Below, one piece after another: positions 58,300 through 64,000 of a stretch of DNA of 64,000 nucleotides; position 1 is the stretch's first letter; the number at the start of each line of letters is the position of its first letter. The stretch is from NCBI RefSeq assembly GCF_009914755.1, contig NC_060925.1; one strand, written 5' to 3'. Both the position numbers and the translations under genes were made by a program. This DNA comes from the human T2T-CHM13v2.0 reference genome, Homo sapiens. The notes beneath the pieces are model-generated. The model did not search any database, was not told the origin of the DNA, and saw nothing but the letters and a program-made list of their open reading frames with translations.

Positions 58300-60690
58300 A
58301 TGGAATCGTCATCGAATGAATTGAATGCAATCATCGAATGGTCTCGAATGGAATCATCTTCTAATGGAAAGGAATGGAATCATCGCATAGAATCGAATGG
58401 AATTATCATCGAATGGAATCGAATGGTATCAACACCAAACGGAAAAAAACGGAATTATCGAATGGAATCGAAGAGAATCATCGAATGGTCTCGAATGGAA
58501 TCATCTTCTAATGGAAAGGAATGGAATCATCGCATAGAATCGAATGGAATTAACATTGAATGGACTCGAATGGAATCAACATCAAATGGAATCAAGCGGA
58601 ATTATCGAATGAAATCGAAGAGAATCATCGAATGGACTCGAATGGAATCATCTAATGGAATGGAATGGAATAATCCACGGACTCGAATGCAATCATCATC
58701 GTATAGAATCGAATGGAATCATCGAATGGACTCGAATGGAATAATCATTGAACGGAATCGAATGGAATCATCATCGGATGGAAACGAATGGAATCATCAT
58801 CGAATGGAAATGTAAGGAGTCATCATCTAATGGAATTGCATGGAATCATCATAAAATGGAATCGAATGGAATCATCATCATATGGAATCAAATGGAATCA
58901 TTGAACGGAATTGAATGGAATCGTCATCGAATGAATTGAATGCAATCATCGAATGGTCTCGAATGGAATCATCTTCAAATGGAATGGAATGGCATCATCG
59001 CATAGAATTGAATGGAATTATCATCGAATGGAATCGAAAGGAATCAACATCAAACGGAAAAAAACGGAATTATCGAATGGAATCGAAGAGAATCGTCGAA
59101 CGGACCCGAATGGAATCATCTAATGGAATGGAATGGAATAATCCATGGACTCGAATGCAATCATCATCGAATGGAATCGAATGGAATCATCGAATGGACT
59201 CGAATGGAATAATCATTGAACGGAATCGAATGGAATCATCATCAGATGGAAACGAATGGAATCATCATCGAATGGAAATGAAAGGAGTCATCATCTAATG
59301 GAATTGCATGGAATCATCATAAAATGGAATCGAATGGAATCAACATCAAATGGAATCAAATGGAATCATTGAACGGAATTGAATGGAATCGTCATCGAAT
59401 GAATTGACTGCAATCATCGAATGGTCTCGAATGGAATCATCTTCAAATGGAATGAAATGGAATCATCGCATAGAATCGAATGGAATTATCATCGAATGGA
59501 ATCGAATGGAATCAACATCAAACGGAAAAAAACGGAATTATCGTATGGAATCGAAGAGAATCATCGAATGGACCCGAATGGAATCATCTAATGGAATGGA
59601 ATGGAATAATCCATGGACTCGAATGCAATCATCATCGCATGGAATCGAATGGAATCATCGAATGGACTCGAATGGAATAATCATTGAACGGAATCGAATG
59701 GAATCATCATCGGATGGAAATGAATGGAATCATCATCGAATGGAATCGAATAGAATTATGGAATGAAATCCAGTGTGATCATCATCGAATGGACCCGAAT
59801 GGAATCATCATCCAACGGAAGCTAATGGAATCAACATCGAATGAATCGAATGGAAACACCATCGAATTGAAACGAATGGAATTATCATGAAATTGAAATG
59901 GATGGACTCATCATCGAATGGATTCGAATGGAATCATCGAATAAAATTGATTGAAATCATCATCCAATGGAATCGAATGGTATCATTGAATGGAATCGAA
60001 TGGAATCATCATCAGATGGAAATGAATGGAATCGTCATAGAATGGAATCGAATGGATTCATTGAATGGAATCAGATGGAATCATCGAATGGACTGGAATG
60101 GAATCATTGAATGGACTCGAAAGGGATCATTATTGAATGGAATTGAATGGAATCATCGAATGGTCTCGATTGGAATCATTATCAAATGGAATCGAATGGA
60201 ATCACCGAATAGAATGGAATGGAACAATCATCGAATGGACTCAAATGGAATTATCCTCCAATGGAATCGAATGGAATTATCGAATGCAATCGAATGGAAT
60301 TATCGAATGCAATCGAATAGAATCATCGGATGGACTCGAATGGAATCATCGCATGGAATGGAATGGAACAGTCAATGTACTCGAATGGAATCATCATTGA
60401 ATGGAATCGAATGTAATCATCGAGTGGAATCGAATGGAATTATGATCAAATGGAATCGAATGTAATCATCATCAAATGGAATCAAAAATAACCATCATCA
60501 ATTGGTATTGAATGGAATTGTCATCAAATGGAATTCAAAGGAATCATCATCAAATGGAACCGAATGGAATCCTCATTGAATGGAAATGAAAGGGGTCATC
60601 ATCTAATGGAATCGCATGGAATCATCATCAAATGGAATCGAATGGAATCATCATCAAATGGAATCTAATGGAATCATTGAACAGAATTGA
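58300..60690 (+). repeat. Expanded 2,391-bp variant unit (147-bp jump-back plus an additional divergent 468-bp subrepeat)
   Basis: TCATCGAATGGTCTCGAATGGAATCATCTTCTAATGGAAAGG occurs at both 58331 and 58478. Anchors lie at 58300, 58915 and 59383, and 615 = 147 + 468. Confidence 0.93.
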
Positions 60691-63600
60691 ATGGAATCGT
60701 CATCGAATGAATTGAATGCAATCATCGAATGGTCTCGAATGGAATCATCTTCTAATGGAAAGGAATGGAATCATCGCATAGAATCGAATGGAATTATCAT
60801 CGAATGGAATCGAATGGTATCAACACCAAACGGAAAAAAACGGAATTATCGAATGGAATCGAAGAGAATCTTCGAACGGACCCGAATGGAATCATCTAAT
60901 GGAATGGAATGGAATAATCCATGGACTCGAATGCAATCATCATCGAATGGAATCGAATGGAATCATCGAATGGACTCGAATGGAATAATCATTGAACGGA
61001 ATCGAATGGAATCATCATCGGATGGAAACGAATGGAATCATCATCGAATGGAAATGAAAGGAGTCATCATCTAATGGAATTGCATGGAATCATCATAAAA
61101 TGGAATCGAATGGAATCAACATCAAATGGAATCAAATGGAATCATTGAACGGAATTGAATGGAATCGTCATCGAATGAATTGACTGCAATCATCCAATGG
61201 TCTCGAATGGAATCATCTTCAAATGGAATGGAATGGAATCATCGCATAGAATCGAATGGAATTATCATCGAATGGAATCGAATGGAATCAACATCAAACG
61301 GAAAAAAACGGAATTATCGAATGGAATCGAAGAGAATCATCGAATGGACCCGAATGGAATCATCTAATGGAATGGAATGGAATAATCCATGGACTCGAAT
61401 GCAATCATCATCGAATGGAATCGAATGGAATCATCGAATGGACTCGAATGGAATAATCATTGAACGGAATCGAATGGAATCATCATCGGATGGAAATGAA
61501 TGGAATCATCATCGAATGGAATCGAATAGAATTATGGAATGAAATCCAGTGTGATCATCATCGAATGGACCCGAATGGAATCATCATCCAACGGAAGCTA
61601 ATGTAATCAACATCGAATGAATCGAATGGAAACACCATCGAATTGAAACGAATGGAATTATCATGAAATTGAAATGGATGGACTCATCATCGAATGGATT
61701 CGAATGGAATCATCGAATAAAATTGATTGAAATCATCATCGAATGGAATCGAATGGTATCATTGAATGGAATCGAATGGAATCATCATCAGATGGAAATG
61801 AATGGAATCGTCATAGAATGGAATCGAATGGATTCATTGAATGGAATCAGATGGAATCATCGAATGGACTGGAATGGAATCATTGAATGGACTCGAAAGG
61901 GATCATGATTGAATGGAATTGAATGGAATCATCGAATGGTCTCGATTGGAATCATTATCAAATGGAATCGAATGGAATCACCGAATAGAATCGAATGGAA
62001 CAATCATCGAATGGACTCAAATGGAATTATCCTCAAATGGAATCGAATGGAATTATCGAATGCAATCGAATGGAATTTTCGAATGCAATCGAATAGAATC
62101 ATCGAATGGACTCGAATGGAATCATCGAATGGAATGGAATGGAACAGTCAATGAACACGAATGGAATCATCATTGAATGGAATCGAATGGAATCATCGAG
62201 TGGAATCGAATGGAATTATGATCAAATGGAATCGAATGTAATCATCATCAAATGGAATCAAAAATAACCATCATCAATTGGTATTGAATGGAATTGTCAT
62301 CAAATGGAATTCAAAGGAATCATCATCAAATGGAACCGAATGGAATCCTCATTGAATGGAAATGAAAGGGGTCATCATCTAATGGAATCGCATGGAATCA
62401 TCACCAAATGGAATCGAATGGAATCATCATCAAATGGAATCTAATGGAATCATTGAACAGAATTGAATGGAATCGTCATCAAATGAATTGAATGCAATCA
62501 TCGAATGGTCTCGAATGGAATCATCTTCTAATGGAAAGGAATGGAATCATCGCATAGAATCGAATGGAATTATCATCGAATGGAATCGAATGGTATCAAC
62601 ACCAAACGGAAAAAAACGGAATTATCGAATGGAATCGAAGAGAATCTTCGAACGGACCCGAATGGAATCATCTAATGGAATGGAATGGAATAATCCATGG
62701 ACTCGAATGCAATCATCATCGAATGGAATCGAATGGAATCATCGAATGGACTCGAATGGAATAATCATTGAACGGAATCGAATGGAATCATCATCGGATG
62801 GAAACGAATGGAATCATCATCGAATGGAAATGAAAGGAGTCATCATCTAATGCAATTGCATGGAATCATCATCAAATGGAATCGAATGGAATCAACATCA
62901 AATGGAATCTAATGGAATCATTGAACAGAATTGAATGGAATCGTCATCGAATGAATTGACTGCAATCATCGAATGGTCTCGAATGGAATCATCTTCAAAT
63001 GGAATGGAATGGAATCATCGCATAGAATCGAATGGAATTATCATCGAATGGAATCGAATGGAATCAACATCAAACGGAAAAAAACGGAATTATCGAATGG
63101 AATCGAAGAGAATCATCGAATGGACCCGAATGGAATCATCTAATGGAATGGAATGGAATAATCCATGGACTCGAATGCAATCATCATCGAATGGAATCGA
63201 ATGGAATCATCGAATGGACTCGAATGGAATAATCATTGAACGGAATCGAATGGAATCATCATCAGATGGAAATGAATGGAATCATCATCGAATGGAATCG
63301 AATAGAATTATGGAATGAAATCCAGTGTGATCATCATCGAATGGACCCGAATGGAATCATCATCCAACGGAAGCTAATGGAATCAACATCGAATGAATCA
63401 AATGGAAACACCATCGAATTGAAACGAATGGAATTATCATGAAATTGAAATGGATGGACTCATCATCGAATGGATTCGAATGGAATCATCGAATAAAATT
63501 GATTGAAATCATCATCGAATGGAATCGAATGGTATCATTGAATGGAATCGAATGGAATCATCATCAGATGGAAATGAATGGAATCGTCATAGAATGGAAT

Positions 63601-64000
63601 CGAATGGATTCATTGAATGGAATCAGATGGAATCATCGAATGGACTGGAATGGAATCATTGAATGGACTCAAAAGGGATCATGATTGAATGGAATTGAAT
63701 GGAATCATCGAATGGTCTCGATTGGAATCATTATCAAATGGAATCGAATGGAATCACCGAATAGAATCGAATGGAACAATCATCGAATGGACTCAAATGG
63801 AATTATCCTCCAATGGAATCGAATGGAATTATCGAATGCAATCGAATGGAATTATCGAATGCAATCGAATAGAATGATCGAATGGACTCGAATGGAATCA
63901 TCGAATGGAATGGAATGGAACAGTCAATGAACTCGAATGGAATCATCATTGAATGGAATCGAATGGAATCATCGAGTGGAATCGAATGGAATTATGATCA

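Larger units (their letters stand above)
1..64000 (+). repeat. Human satellite II (HSat2/HSATII) tandem array
   Basis: The whole window is degenerate GAATG/GAATC pentamers arranged as CGAATGGAAT-CGAATGGAAT-CAT(CAT). This is the reverse complement of the classical HSat2 (ATTCCATTCG)2(ATG)1-2 consensus. TCGA sites are dense, the orientation is constant, and no non-satellite sequence was seen. Confidence 0.98.
146..64000 (+). repeat. About 36 copies of a 1,776-bp HSat2 unit (HSat2A-type 1.77-kb repeat, most likely the chr1q12 D1Z1/pUC1.77 family)
   Basis: Pseudo-ORF anchors recur at 146, 1922, 3698, 5474, 7249, 9025 ... 60691, 62467. Spacing is 1776 bp except 1775 (U4), 1781 (U13, U19, U31), 1308 (U25) and 2391 (U34). 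One GAATTC occurs per unit (e.g. 1762, 42619, 43927, 58140, 60531). The chromosome assignment comes from prior knowledge of the 1.77-kb EcoRI repeat and is not proven here. Confidence 0.88.

Noticed and set aside
58300-58815. Unique 171-aa ORF (also the 192-aa ORF at 59887)
   Set aside because: These are by-products of an in-frame 147-bp jump-back and of a lost stop codon in satellite sequence.
146-63930. Hundreds of 60-192 aa ORFs on the + strand
   Set aside because: They are low-complexity translations of GAATG/CATC repeats, overlap in several frames, recur at the unit period and are freely broken by stops and frameshifts. No recognisable domain.
1-64000. CRISPR-like repeat/spacer pattern
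   Set aside because: There are no unique spacers. All intervening sequence is the same degenerate satellite, and no cas genes are present.
1-64000. HSat3 or DYZ1 assignment
   Set aside because: Pure (GGAAT)n runs are short (3-4 copies). CATCAT/CGAATGGAAT motifs dominate and the period is 1,776 bp, both typical of HSat2.
1-64000. Strand inversion or Alu/L1 insertion within the array
   Set aside because: No CATTC-oriented segment or foreign sequence was seen, and unit spacing accounts for all bases.

Overview
The whole window is human satellite II (HSat2/HSATII) heterochromatin, shown on the purine-rich strand and built from (CGAATGGAAT)2+(CAT)1-2 motifs. It is an uninterrupted head-to-tail array of about 36 copies of a 1,776-bp unit, each with one EcoRI site. 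This matches the 1.77-kb HSat2A-type repeat best known from the chr1q12 array (D1Z1/pUC1.77). I found no genes, transposons, CRISPR arrays or inversions, and all listed ORFs are translation artefacts of the repeat. The non-trivial content is the array's internal history, read from shared variants. Each unit holds a 468-bp tandem subrepeat (A/B). There is a recent 10,661-bp six-unit duplication, a 3,552-bp two-unit duplication and several one-unit duplications. There is also a 1,308-bp unit that lost one subrepeat, and a 2,391-bp unit with a 147-bp jump-back plus an extra divergent subrepeat. DUX4-type motifs (TAATGGAATCA) recur in every unit I checked. I found no new biological system. Unit numbers U1-U36 are anchored on the 'MESSSNELNA' pseudo-ORF starts (146, 1922, 3698 ... 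62467). Variants were found by eye, so counts are minimums.
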